A DNA stretch of 64,000 nt, taken from NCBI RefSeq assembly GCF_028641065.1, contig NC_073401.1, positions 15,748,001 to 15,812,000 of the forward strand, given 5' to 3'. How positions within the stretch are numbered: the first letter of the stretch is position 1; every line of letters begins with the position of its first letter. The notes under the pieces were generated by a model, which saw only the letters and a list, made by a program, of their open reading frames with translations, was not told the DNA's origin and did no database searches. A program made the position numbers and the translations under genes. The stretch comes from Leucoraja erinacea. Taxonomy: Eukaryota. Positions 44,817 to 57,925 of the stretch are shown here, piece after piece.

Positions 44817-45117
44817 AGTAGATGACCCATCTGGTTTTCTGTTTACTACAACAAATATTTTTTAAAAATGTTTTAAATTTGTAATTCCGTATTTATAATG
44901 TTGTTTGCAACAACATTACGGCAATATTTCGGTATTGTATTAGTTTTTCAGTGGATATAGCCGAGTCAGGAAGTAAATTTCATGTTAGGGTGACTTTTTG
45001 CTTAATTTTTACTTTTGTCAAGGTGAATGTAATGATGTGAACGAGATCCTGAAGAGCATGCAAAACAAAAATGTACAGTGCATAGCTTTTGTTCTGTTTA
45101 TACTATGGTGATACTGC

Positions 45118-45123
45118 AATAAA
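45118..45123 (+). terminator. Candidate proximal polyadenylation signal of EWSR1
   Basis: First AATAAA seen after the stop codon, with TGTA motifs upstream. Confidence 0.5.
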
Positions 45124-46265
45124 AACCTGAGTCGCTCCGTTTAGTGTGGCTTCCTGAAGTTCTGCTGAAAGTAGCTTGAAATAGCATTCCACAGTGAGAG
45201 TAAGTACACGAGTTGCAAAGTTTGAATGACATTGAAATGAGCTTCTGCGGCTTCATTAAAAAGTTCAACAGCTGTTTAAAAAAAAAAATTGTTGCACGAG
45301 TCTCTTTGCAAATTCCATGTGCAGTTATTACTATAGAAAATACAAAAGTACACTGAATATTTCTCAACTTCCCCATGCCCCTTAAAATGGGTGATTTTAA
45401 AAATATATATATTTTAATGGATTTTGACTGCTGAAAGAAATGCTTCTGGGTGCTTAATGGATAATGTGAAAGCATTTTCTGTTTGAGTTGTGGAGTACCC
45501 AGATCTTTTGGTCATAAGCAAATTGAATCACTGTTTTTTTTTGGTGATTAGCATATTTTGGCCATGTTAATTGTACATGCATTGCTGCTTTTCAGTGGTC
45601 AGTCTGGCTGACTGCAGGTATTCTGTACATTTGACCTGCTAAAGCTGGTAATGCTATTGAGCATTCAGGTTGACTTTGACTTTAGTATTGATGTGGGCAT
45701 ATTCTGACACGTGCTCTATCTTTTAAATCTAGCTATACCAATTTTTAGTTGCCTTATCTCAAATATTAACTTGTCTGTGGTAGATTTGGACTGGTAACTT
45801 GTCATTTCAATCAATATGTGACATTCCAGTGCTGGATACCTTGTGAAATTAACTGTTGATTCACTCTGGTCAGAAATGATGCACATCAGTCATTGGTATA
45901 AGTCACTATTTGAAGATCTGGCTGCTGTAACGGAGATTGTATATTTAAAATTACATCTGAAAAAAATTTGTTATGGTAAACAGCCTATTGGAACATTGAG
46001 ATTTGTAAGATGGAGCTTCATAGGCATACTGTTTAAATTCTCCTTTCACAACAATTTGTTGAATATTGCTTAATCCTATGAAATTTACAGTTACACTTGC
46101 AGAATGTTGTATATTAAAGGTGATGTGCATTATGATTGTGAATAATGCTTGCCACGTAGTCTAGGCACAAAGTATATAAAATTGACTGTCTGGATCCATT
46201 TCAAAACCCCACACACCATTAGAGTTCTGTATTGCTGTTATTTTTCTAAGTGATTAAACTTGATT

Positions 46266-46271
46266 AATAAA
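46266..46271 (+). terminator. Candidate distal polyadenylation signal of EWSR1
   Basis: AATAAA preceded by ATTAAA and followed by U-rich and GU-rich sequence (gtgtgattgg...gtgtgttattgtgt); repeats resume about 600 nt later. Confidence 0.55.
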
Positions 46272-46829
46272 GTTTTTCTTTATTGGCTGAGGTGTGATTG
46301 GTTCGGTAATGTGTGTTATTGTGTCCGGGTTCAGCCTTGGCCTGTTGTTCTGGCTAACTGCAGGAGTTTCAAATTCCTTTAGTGAGTTGAGCAATTTTTA
46401 TTAAGCTTGAAACATTTGTAGGAAGATATCTGGTAAACTGGTGCACGGGAAATCCTTTCTAACATATAAATTGCCCATGTGATCTTCTAAATCTTTTACC
46501 TGGCCAATATATACAAAATGAGAACTGTTGTAATTATAACATTCAAATTAAGTTGTGATCAATCCATGGTGGTAGGATTGTGATATTGTTAATTAAGTGA
46601 GCACAGCATTAACTTGTACACTTGATCTTGAAAATCCAGATTGTGGTAGCCATTTGTCATTAATTTAAATTGAAATTTCAGGTAATCCATGTAAATATAT
46701 GATCCCCTTAAATGTTAAGGGTATGAGCGAAGTCATTGTATTTGGCGCTTACTTGGTTCGGCATTTAATTTAGTGTTAAATTAGCGAGATCATAACTTAC
46801 AAGAGCATTGTATACATTTTCTCCCTTAG

Positions 46830-47560
46830 TTTCACAAGTTATAAGAGTAGAATTGGGCAATTCAGTCCATCGAGTCCACTCTATTCAATCATGGCTGATC
46901 TCTGCCTCTTAATCGCATTTTCCTGCCTTCTCCCATAACCCTTGACACCGTTCTAATCAAGAATTTGTGTATCTCTGCAATAAAAATATCTGTTGAAGGC
47001 CTCCGCCATCCTATGGCAATGAGTTCCACAGATTAACTAACTTCTGACGAAAGAGATTCACCCTCTCCTTTCTAAAAGTGCGCTTTAATTCTGAGGCTAT
47101 GACCTCTGGCCCTAGACTCTCCCACTAGTGGAAACATTATTTCCATATCCACTCTATGCCTTTCATTATTCTATAAGTTTCATTGAATTTGCCTTACTAC
47201 TGATTCGACTTGCAAATTAACTTTTTTTGGTAGCTGCAAAGTCTCTTGGCACCTGATTTTTGGATTCTCCCCATTTAGGAAATCTACGCATTTATTTGGA
47301 TTATCAAAATGCATGACTTTGCACTTGAATCATGCTACACTGAATTTCATCTGCCATTTCTCTGCTCGCCCTCCTAACTCCTTGCTTCCTCTAGACTGCC
47401 TACACGGTCTATCTTGGCATCGTCAGCAAACTTGGCCACAAAGCCTTCAATCCTCTTATCCAAATCATTAGTATGCAACGTGAAGAGAAGGGGCCCCAGC
47501 GCCAACCCTTGCAGAACGTCACTGGCAGCCGACCTGAAAAGGCACCGTTTATTCCTTTTG
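46830..47560 (-). mobile_element. Decayed CR1 LINE fragment
   Basis: 3' tail plus RT remnant (gtcagcaaacttggcc = AKFADD on the minus strand; ggccccagc...ccttgc = QG..LGP). Confidence 0.75.
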
Positions 47561-48409
47561 CTTTTAGCTCGCCATTTACTACTTTCCTATAGCTTGGAAA
47601 AATTTACAGCACCCAAGAAATTAGCCCAGGATCCCACAGTGAAAGTTCAGGACAAATGTAGTTGGAATTGTATTAGAGGAGCAGGTAAACACTCCAGTAG
47701 ACCAGCAGTAGTAGAACAAATATTTTCTAATAACCATTGAAGGTCTAGGTTGTACTTAATATCTCTGTTAATGATAAATAGTTGTGACTGTATTTGGTTG
47801 AGAAAATGTAGCAGGCAACAGGACTTTATATCGAGCTGCAGTGTTTTCATAGATAACCAAGCTGCAGTGATCAGAGTGGCAGTGTGGATTTGTAAGGATT
47901 GAGGTGTGCTCAAAATGAATTGATGGTAATGGTAGTGGGTGGGGAAAACGATTAACTGATCATCCAATTGGATCTCCGTAAAGTTTTTCATATCTACTGT
48001 GCGCATTATTGATCCAACAAATAGTGTTTCCCTAGATTTCCAACAATGCTCAAGCCTTGACATTATTCTGCGCTAATAATTGTGTTTGAACTGTGTCTGA
48101 TCGACAATTGTAAATATTCACTTGTTTCTTTAATGTAGAGTGGTTGTTCAAACTATATAAAGTATAATTTGCATATACAGTTTTTTAAATGCACATTCCT
48201 TTCTAGGACAACAGTGATCCAAACGTTAAATGTACTAGGTTTGATGAAACTAGGTTTAAATTCAAGTTTGTGCTCTTTATAAGAATTGCACTTAAATAAT
48301 ATTGGGTCAGGCTACTCATTTTAATCTCTGTTCTGTCTACAGGTCAGAATAGCCAGTACTTTTTTGCTACAAATTATTGCTATTAATGCTGCATACTCGT
48401 ACAACACAA

Positions 48410-50430
48410 ATGAGCTCTTCAGCCCTACACCCATACTGACCAAGATGCCCCATCTACACTATTCGTCCTGTGTTTGTCCCATATCCCTTTAAACTTCTCC
48501 TATTCATGAATCTGTCCATTGTATTACGTACCTACATCAACTACCTCTGGCCGCTCATTCTGTGCCCACCACTCTCTGGGAAAAGTGCGCCCCTTAAGTT
48601 CCAATTATATCTTTCCCCTCTCACCCTAAACCCATGTCCCCTGTGTGTTAATTCCCACACTCTGGGTAATAAACTCTTTAGTGTTATAATATTGTAAATA
48701 GTGCCTGTCTTATGTTGAGTCTTACTGTATTGTATTACTGCAAAGTTCTCGTTAGAATTCATCACTTTTATAATATCAAATAGTGGGAAATCAGTTGCAA
48801 ATCCACTTCGGTGTTAACTGGTCAGAGGGTTTTTTGAATTATGTTAATTAATATTGTTTTTGTTATCGCTCTTGTTTCTTTGTGTGCACAATTCCTTAAT
48901 TACATGCTCTGCATTATTCACATACTCTTGACCACTTGCAGGCTCAACACTTCACTCTCAATGCAGCCTTGCTTACACACTAGCACCATCTGTTGCATTC
49001 ACATTTCAATCGCAAACTCTCCAGAGAAAAATGAATACATGTAACTTGCTATAAAAAGAGGCAGCAGCCTTCAGAGGTTTTTTTTTCCCCTGGGAAAATT
49101 GTGTCATAATTTCCAGGAGTAGAATTGGGCCATTTAGCCCATCAGGTCTACTCTGCCATTCAATCATGGCTGATCTATCTCCCTCTTGCCCCCATTCTCC
49201 TGCCTTCTCCCCATAACCCCTGACACTCGTACTAATCAAGAATCTGTCAATCGCTGGTTTATATGGCAGCCAGTGTACAATTTTCTAAAATGCAAACCTA
49301 TGAATAACGTGTTATAAATTAAATAATGGTGAAAAGCCAGATAAGATAAACTTATTAGACTTATGAAGTGATCTTAATTCAATCTTGCAATACCACAACA
49401 AGTGAATTGGAAGATTTGCAGTCTGAAGAATGGTTTTGACCCAAAACATCACCCATTCCTCTCCAGAGATGATTACTCCTGAATTTTGTGTCTAACTTAA
49501 GTGAATTTGAAATTAACTTTAAAAACCAAGAATATTTCATTTGGCATTTATGTTTCAAAAACAAATGCTTGATTTCTTTCTCCACATATGCTGCCTGGTG
49601 TACTGAGAATTTACAGCATTTTGTGGGTTAATATTTTTTGGTATGTTGAGGTTTGAAGCAAAGGCTTTTTCTGCCTTTTTTTTATTTGTATAGGAAAAAC
49701 TACAATAAAAGATTTTTTTGAGGGCCTAGCTTCAAGGTGTGGGGCAAGTTTAGTGAAGCAAGCAAGGTGGGTGAATACGAATTGCATGCAGGCAGAGGAG
49801 ATTAGTTTAACTTGGCACGTCATTGTGGGCCTAGACTAGAGGTCTGGTCCCATTCTAATTAAATTTTTTTTGATCAAGCGGGAGATGGTCTACCACGTGC
49901 TTACGATAATTACTATATGGAGACGGGAACACTTTGTATTGAAATTAAGTCCTGGTCTTGTCTCATTTAACAGCCAGAACATGACCAGTGATGATGAAAT
50001 TTCTTTTGTAAACAGAAATTGTACTCTTATTGCACACCAATTTACTTGCAAAATTTTACTACCTAGCCATCCTTTGCAATCACTTTAACAGTATTCCCTT
50101 TGCTGCTGGTGTCTATATTTAATTCCTTCCTGTCAAAGCCAGTAGCAGATTGTCTTTCAGGCTTCTTGCTGATCGCCGAGAGCCATTGAGTATGAAGAAG
50201 ATGAAGTAGCAATAGGTGCAGGAGTAGGCCCTTCGAGCCAGCACCTCCATTTATTGTGATCATGCCTTCACCGCCCTCTGAGGCAGAGAATTCCACGGAC
50301 TAACAACTCTGTGAGAAAGTGTTTGCTTGTCTCGGTTCTAAATGGCTTACTCCTTATTCTTAAACAGTGGCCCCTGGTTCTGGACTTCCCCAACATCGGG
50401 AACATGTTTCCTGCCTCTAGCGTGTCCATC
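48410..50430 (-). mobile_element. Dispersed CR1 3' fragments (~48410-48670, ~49100-49250, ~50210-50430) and a Penelope-like piece (~49420-49490)
   Basis: RGHGFRVRGERY, tail motifs and cagtctgaagaatggttttgacccaaaac. Confidence 0.65.
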
Positions 50431-51151
50431 TAGCCTCTCCCTCCTCCATCTTGCAGAGACTGTGCCACGCCCACACATCTAGGTTTTATAGTCTCTTTAG
50501 AAGGGGTGTGATTGACGAGAGAGAATCAACATTTTTTCAACACTAATCATTTATTTTTCGTCGATGGGAAAAATCCTCGGTATCTGATCAGCGGCGGGGA
50601 CTCTCTGAGTAAGATGGCCAAAAATCACAGCCGTGCGTTTTCTAAAATTAATATAACGTGCAAACAGGAAGTGACTTTTTTTAATTATATAGAAGGCAAG
50701 GCAACTTTAGCATCTCCAACCAAAGGCAACACAGCTTTAGCATCCTCAAACCCAAAGACAACACACAGTTTTAGCATCTCCAAACCATATTTTCAAACCA
50801 CATTAAGGGCACTGACCAGTCTGCAAAACCATTCACAGTTTAGTAGACATGTGTTCAGTGTTATTCACAGCTCAGACTGAGAGATGTGACCCTCTCGCTT
50901 CCCCATCTTGCAGAGACTGACTCAGGGTTTTATAGTCCCTCTGGAAGGGGCATGGCCTTCAGGAGAGAATCGCAACATTTTTTAAACGATAACTTATTTT
51001 TCATCGATGGGAAAAATCCTCTTGTCCTGTGCGGAGGGGTACTGTGAGTAAGCGTGCCAGAAATCACAGCAGTAAGTGGCAGCGTTTTTTTCTAAAATCA
51101 ATATACAGAACAACAGGAAGTGGTCAAGATCAGACTTTTAGTAATATAGAT
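50430..51151 (-). mobile_element. Unclassified repeat with two diverged ~250-bp internal units; possibly a non-autonomous Helitron-like element
   Basis: Units ~50446-50693 and ~50903-51151 share ccatcttgcagagactg, ggttttatagtc, tcgatgggaaaaatcctc, aaatcacagc, aacaggaagtg; the minus strand begins A|TCTATATTACTAAA. Confidence 0.45.
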
Positions 51152-51565
51152 AATCTGATCTGATAGGATAGCATGCAAAACAAAACTTTTCAGGGCACAT
51201 GACGACAATAAACCTAAATGTCTGGATTAGTAAACTAGAGTAAAACAAAGCTTTTGTTTCATCAGTGGATGGCGATGTCTGCTAAATTTCCAAAATCCCT
51301 GCGTAGATGACAGCCTCATAAATGGATCCCGAAAGTAAGAAGCAGATCTTTAAATTATTAAAATATTTATCATGGTCATTCTTCAGGATTATGTTACGAA
51401 ATGGATCGCCAGAATGGACGAGTTACGAGAAATAGACGTTGGAGAACAACAGTGATCTGTCTGTTGACTCCCTCCCATCTGTCTAAATATAGAATGGAAA
51501 ATGCCTCCAATCTATCAGCCTGCCGACGCTTGTACTTATAAAACAAATTGCAACCCGTTGAAGGA

Positions 51566-51579
51566 CCAGCAGATGGCGC
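51566..51579 (+). promoter_or_regulatory. CTCF consensus motif between EWSR1 and GAS2L1
   Basis: CCAGCAGATGGCGC matches CCASYAGRKGGCRS, in apparently non-repetitive DNA. Confidence 0.6.
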
Positions 51580-53424
51580 AGTCGTTTGCCACTGCTGTGA
51601 AACGACCCTATGCTGAACACTTTTGTTGATCTTTCAGCTGCAGTACCAACTCACCTAAATCACATCTTACACTGACCTAGACTAGGTAAATTAAGATAGA
51701 CACTAATATAGGATTTAATAGTTACTCTTGATGGGAGGAAATGATCAGGCTACACCAACTTTCAAAATATTCAAGGACTTGAAGCATAAAAATAATTCCA
51801 ACAAACCTTGGCCCATGGTCTTTCAAAGTTGGGAAGAAGCATTGAGAATGGTATTGAGAACGGTATTGAGAACCTGCTCACACGATGCAGAGTTCCTGAG
51901 CGCACTGCCTCACCAACTACCACCCACCTGCCCCTTCAAATGCCTCCATGCTGTTCCTCAATCAATTAAACTTTGAAGTAGGCATGCTTAAGTTTTAGTT
52001 TCGTTTATTGTCACGTGTACCGAAAAGCTTGTGCTGAGTGCTAACCAGCCAGCGGAAAGACAATACATGATTACAATCGAGCCATTTGCAGTGTGCAAGT
52101 ACAATTGTCGACAAGGGAATAACGTTTAGTGCAAGGTAGAGTCCAGTAAATCACCTTAACAGCTGCCGTAACCTGTCCCTGTGGAACGGAGATGGCATGA
52201 GACCGCAATCTCTCCCTCAGTCCGCCCTACATTTTATTTCTCCCGTGGAAGAATAAATCAACATGCAGGTCAGGCCATTCTCGGCGGCGGCCCCCGGCCA
52301 ACTCAACCCAAGTCGTGGCCCTTTCTGCGTTCCTTCCAGCAGTGCACACCCCCCACAAATAGTCTGATCCAGATACTATCATTATATTGTCAGTCCGGAA
52401 TTGTAGACTAATGCCTCCCCTTGCAAATAAATTAATCTCGAACCTCATAGAACAGTTTCTATGTACTCGTTCTGCCTAAAGAGGGATCAAGTCAGATCCC
52501 TAGAGCATAGAACAGTGCAGCACAGAAACAGGCCCTTCGGCCCACAATGTCTGTACCGAACATGATACTAAGTCAAACCAATCTCCTCTGTCTTGTGCAT
52601 TATTCATATCCCTGCATATCCATGCGCCTATCCAAAAGCTTCCTGCCTCCTGCCAGCGCGTCCAGGCACCCACCGCCCTCTTAAAAAACGTGCCCTTCAA
52701 ATCCCCTTCACATTAACTCACCTTAAAGCTGTGCAATCTAGTTTTAGACTTCGCTACCATGTGAAAAAGACTGTAAACATCCACTGCAATCTAGTTTCTA
52801 CCACTTTTATAAAATTGCCGACAGACCGGTATCCAATTCCTCCCTCCTAGCATCTTCCTCTACAGTTGCGTTAGCGTTATCCACAATCCCCTGTTTCGCC
52901 GAGTTTGCATATTCATAAATGAATAGCTGCAGTTTATGCTAGAATGTGTATGAAATGAAGTTCGGCTATGCGGTGCCAGATTAAGACTCGTCAACTCCCT
53001 TGAAATAAAATTGGCAGGCACTCCAGCTGTGTTGCTGTTCCCGGCAAGTCAGTGAGGTAATGTGGCTTTTGCAAATGATTTGTGAACCAATCTTTCTCCC
53101 GGCCACAGGATCAGCGAATTACATCATTACAGACTGCAGACCCAGTTTATCCCCCCCCTGTAACAAACTTGACGCATTCAAACGGGAGTTTGGCTCACTC
53201 TTATCATGATCACGACACATGGATAGTTGGCATTAGCTGGACGTGTTCTCAGCTGGGCGGAGGTCGGCGGGGGAGTGAGCGGTTTCCATGGCGCTGAAAG
53301 TAGTCAGGATATAAACAGAGGTGGGAGAGAAGGCCGAGTGGGAAGTTAGGCAGCGACAGGAAACTTGAACTTCCACCCGGATTGTAGCGGGAGAGATGTA
53401 ACTGACCGCTCCCAAATAACACTT

Positions 53425-53845
53425 GCCCTGTGTTGTGTGAATGATGGGATGGACTGCGGGGAACAGTTTTCCCTCGTGCTCTGTTTATTGATGGGATGTG
53501 GGGAAGAGTTTACTCCTAGTGTTGTGTGTTTGATGGGATGGACATCGGGGAACAGTTTTCCCCTGCGCCGGGTGTTTACTGATGGAGTGTGGGTTAGAGT
53601 TTACTGGACTGTGAAGAAGACTCCTGTGCTGTGTGTTTCTTGAGACGGGCTGTGGGGAAGTTTCTCTTGTCTTGCTTGTTTACTGATCTGGTCTGTGTGG
53701 AAGGGGTTTCCCTTGTGCTGTGTGTTCCATGAGATGGTCTGAGAGGAAGGAAGGGCTTTCCCCTTCTCTCGTCTGTTTACTGATGGAGTCCAGGGTAGGG
53801 TCCGCCCCCGCCCCCCGTGTGTTGTGCGTTTACTGAGATGAGTTG
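53425..53845. repeat. Degenerate ~40-45-bp minisatellite upstream of the GAS2L1 coding exon
   Basis: Recurrent gtgYtgtgtgtttactgatgg...tgtggggaa...tttccc units. Confidence 0.75.
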
Positions 53846-54460
53846 CTACTCGTGTGCGCGCTTGACCAGGTGGGTCGCTGTCTGATCACTGCGAGCCCGA
53901 GCCTCTTGCGATGCGCAGGGAGGGAGAGGAGTTACAGGGATGGGACTCGGGCGGGGAGAAGTTAACCAGACCGGCCAAGCCTTCGACCTGAAACCTAGGA
54001 GCGGAGCGGCGCAACGTTGAAGCAGGGCGGAGCGGAGTCCAATTGAAGCTGACGTGACAACGAGGAACTGCAGATGTTGGTTAATACCAAAGATAGACAC
54101 ACAGAATGCTGGAATAACTCAGTGGGGCAGGCAGCAGCTGCCCGGGACTGCAGCCGACAGGGAGGGAGCGAGAAAGAGACTGAAACTCATCTGAATCTGA
54201 GTCTATTTTATTTTATGTTTTAGCAGAGACTACTCTGCCGGAGGAACTGAGCGGGTCAGGGGGTGCCGTGGAGGGGGAATGGATAGAGGGGGATAGTGAG
54301 CCTGTTTTATACATGAGTCTGATCGACATCAGTGAGCTAGCGCGGGGTGGGGTGGGGATTGACACAGTGATTCACCTGGGGCGGCGAGAGGCGAGACGTT
54401 TCTACGGGAAGGAGCGCAGGAGTTAAAGGGGAGGGACAGAGGAGGATTTGGGTGAGGAAT

Positions 54461-55060
54461 ATGGCGGAGCAGAGGAACATCCAGTCCGCCGCCAACAAGA
54501 GCATTCGGCCCTTCAGGTCGAGCGAGGACTATCTGTACGCCATGAAGGAGGACCTGGCGGAGTGGCTCAACGCGCTGTACGACCTGGATGTCCACGTAGA
54601 CATGTTCGCGGAGGCGCTGGAGACGGGCTGCGCTCTGTGCCAACACGCCAACAATGTCAACCAGACCGCCCTGGAGTTCGAGCAGAGATGTCCCGGGGCG
54701 GCGGGGAGGATGAAGGTGCCCCGCACCCCGGTCACCTTCGCCTCCAGGAACGTCCAAGCCGGCTCCTTCATCGCCCGCGACAACGTGTCCAACTTCATTG
54801 ACTGGTGCCGCCGCGACTTGGCTATCAGAGACGCTCTGATGTTCGAGACCAACGACCTGGTCCTGCGCAAGAACGAGAAGAACTTGGTGCTATGCCTGCT
54901 GGAGGTGGCCCGGCGTGGCTCCAAGTTCGGCATGTTGGCCCCAATGCTGATCCAGATGGAGGAGGAGATCGACGAGGAGATCCGAGATGCCCTGGAAGAC
55001 GAGGAGTTCCAACCCCGGGTCCAGAGGAGATTGTGTGACTTCAAGAATCTGGACGCGATG
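54461..55060 (+). CDS. GAS2L1: GAS2-like protein 1, first coding exon (calponin-homology domain, 200 codons); later exons not found in this window
   Basis: [24 protein letters not shown]...[13 protein letters not shown]...[26 protein letters not shown] is the GAS2-family CH domain; ends ATG|gtaagc; paralogue assigned by synteny downstream of EWSR1. Confidence 0.9.
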
Positions 55061-55144
55061 GTAAGCTCAGTCCCACCCGTCCACCCAATGCTTAAGTTGT
55101 TCTTTAATGTCACATGTAACAAACTTTACAGTGTCATAGTCACA

Positions 55145-57560
55145 TAGCGTGGAAACAGGCCCTTCGGCCCAACTTGCCCACATCTGCCAACATGTCCCAT
55201 CTATACTAGTCCCACCTGCTTGCGTTTGGTGCATATCCCTCTAAAACAGTCCTATCCATGTACCTGTCTAAATGTTTCTTGAACGTTGCAATAGTACCTG
55301 CTTCAGCAGCCGATTCCATACAACCACCACCTTTTGTGTGGAAAAAGTTACCCGTCAGGTTCTTATTAAATCTGTCCTCTACCTCACCTTAAACCTATGT
55401 CCACTGGAGGTGGAATTAAACCCTTCTTCAGACTCTGTCCTCTACCTCACCTTAAACTGGAGGTGGAATTAGAAACATTGAAAAACAGACGCAGGAGTAG
55501 GCCATTCGGCCCTTCGAGCCAGCACCGCCATTCAATTTGATCATCTAAAATCAGTACCCCATTCCTGCTTTTTCACCCATATCCCTTGATTCCTTTAGCT
55601 CTTAGAGCTAAATCTAACTCTCTTGGAAACATCCAGTGAATTGGCCTCCACTGCCTTCTGTAGCAGAGAATTCCACAGATTCACAACTCTCTGGGTGAAT
55701 AAATTTTACCTCATCTCAGTCCTAAATGGCCTACCCCTTATTCTTATACTGCGACCCCTGGTACTGGACACCCCCAACATGGGGGACATTTTTCCTGCAT
55801 CTAACTTGTCAATGCTTTAAGAATTCTACATGTTTCTATAAGATATCCTCTCATCCTTTTAAATTCCAGTGAATACAAGGCCAGTCGACCCATTCTTTCA
55901 TCATATGTCAGGCCCGCCATCCCGGGAATTAACCTGGTGAAACTACGCTGCACTCCCTCAATAGCAATAATGTCCTTCCTAGAATTAGGAGACCAAAATT
56001 GCACACAATTCTCCAGGTACGGTCTCACCAGGTGCCTGTACAACTGCAGTAGGACCCCCTTGCTCCTAAACTCAAATCCTCTCCCAATGAAGGCCAACAT
56101 GCCATTAGCTTTCTTCACTGCCTGCTGTACCTGCATGCTTACTTTCAGTGACTGATGTACAAGCACACCCAGGTCTCGTTGCACCTCCCCTTTTCCTAAT
56201 CTGACACCATTCAGATAATAATCTGCCTTCCTGTACTTGCCAAACTGCTAACCTCACATTTATCCACATTATACTGCATCTGCCATTGTTCTGCCCACTC
56301 ACCCGACCTATCCAAGTCACCCTGCAGCCTCATAGCATCCTCATCGCAGCTCACACTGCCACCCAGCTTTATGTCATCTGCAAACTTGGAGATGTCACAT
56401 TTAATTCACTCGTCTAAATCGCTAATATATTGTAAATAACTGGGGACCCCCCACACCGAGCCTTGCGGCACCCCACTAGTCACTGCCTGCTGCCATTCTG
56501 AAAAGGATCCGTTAATTCCCACTCTTTGCTTCCTGCCTGCCAACCAGTTCTCTATCCATGTTAATATCCTACCCCCAATTCCATGTGCTCTAATTTTGCA
56601 CACTAATCTCTTGTGTGGGACCTTGTCAAAGGCCTTTTGAGAGTCCAGGTACACCACATCCACTGGCTCTCCCTTATCCATTCTACTTATTACATCCTCA
56701 AAAAATTCCAGAAGATTAATCAAACATGATTTCCCCTTCATAAATCCATGCTGACTTTGACCGATCCTGTCACTGTTTTCCAAATGCGCTGCTATTACAT
56801 CTTTAATTATTGACTTAAGCATCTTCCCCACTATCAATGTCAGGCTAACGTCTATAATTCCCTGTTTTCACTCCCTCCTTTCTTAAAAAGTGGGGTTATT
56901 TTGGCAACCCTCCAGTCCACATGAACTATCCAGTCGAGAAAACATTGGATAATGATTACCAATGCATCCACGATTTCCAGGGTCACCTCCTTGAGTACTC
57001 TGCGATGCAGGCCCTGGGGATTTATCTGCCTTCAGTCCCAACAGTTTACCTAATACCATTTCCTGACTAATGTGGATTTCCTTCAGTTCCTCCCTCCCAC
57101 TAGATCCTCAGTCCCCTAATATTTCTGGGAGATTGTCTGTGTCTTCCTTAGCGAAGACAGAACCAAAGTACTTGTTTAACTGTTCTGCCATTTCATTGTT
57201 TCCCCATTATAAATTCACCTGTCTCTGATTGTAAGGGACCTACATTTTTCACTAATCTTTACATTTTACATATCTAAAGAAGCTTTTAGAGTCAGTTTTT
57301 ATATTCCCTGTAAGCTTTCTTTCATGCTCCTTCCCCCCGCCCCCCCCCCCCCCCCCTCTTAATTAACCCCTTTGTCCACTGTTGATTTCTAAATTTCTCC
57401 CAGTCCTCCGGTTTGCTGCTTCCTCTGGCCAATTGATATGCCCTTTCCTTGGATTTAACACTATTCCAGATTTCCCTTGTTAGCCCGTTTTATTTTTTTC
57501 ATCAGACAGCGATGAACAATGTTTGGAGTTCATCCATGCGGTCTTTAAATAATATTTGTT
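55145..57560 (-). mobile_element. CR1/HER1 LINE, ~2.1-kb 5'-truncated ORF2 (55470-57560) plus an older 3' fragment (55145-55400)
   Basis: VGKMLKSIIKD, SQHGFMKGKSCLINLLEFFEDV, VYLDSQKAFDKVPH, VTSGVPQGSV, KFADD, KKANGMLAFI, with frameshifts. Confidence 0.92.
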
Positions 57561-57784
57561 CAATCATGTTCAGTAAATTATCATCATCCGGTGACTCAGT
57601 TTACACCACGCTACCCCAGCAAAGCCACCAGCATAATCAAGGGCCAGTCCCATCCCGCTCATTCCCTCTCCCATCATGCAAGAAGTGCAGAAGTTTTCTC
57701 GTTATGTACAATGTTTACATATTCACATATTCTGTTGTGCTGCAGCAAGTAAGAATTTCATTGTCCCGTCCGGGTCATATGACG

Positions 57785-57925
57785 TAGAAAATAGGTGCAG
57801 GAGTAGGCCATTCGGCCCTTTGAGCCTGCACCGCCATCCAACTCAGTATCCTGTACCTGCCTTCTCTCCATACCCCCTGATTCCCTTAGCCACAAGGGCC
57901 ACATCTAACTCCCTCTTAAATATGA
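57785..57925 (-). mobile_element. Young CR1 tail inserted in a Rex-like 3' end
   Basis: Near-identical to 6270-6430; ATATGAC repeated at both flanks. Confidence 0.7.

Noticed and set aside
54329-55122. Long antisense and alternative-frame ORFs over the GAS2L1 exon (197 aa, 142 aa, 117 aa)
   Set aside because: Shadows of a GC3-rich coding exon, with no independent motifs
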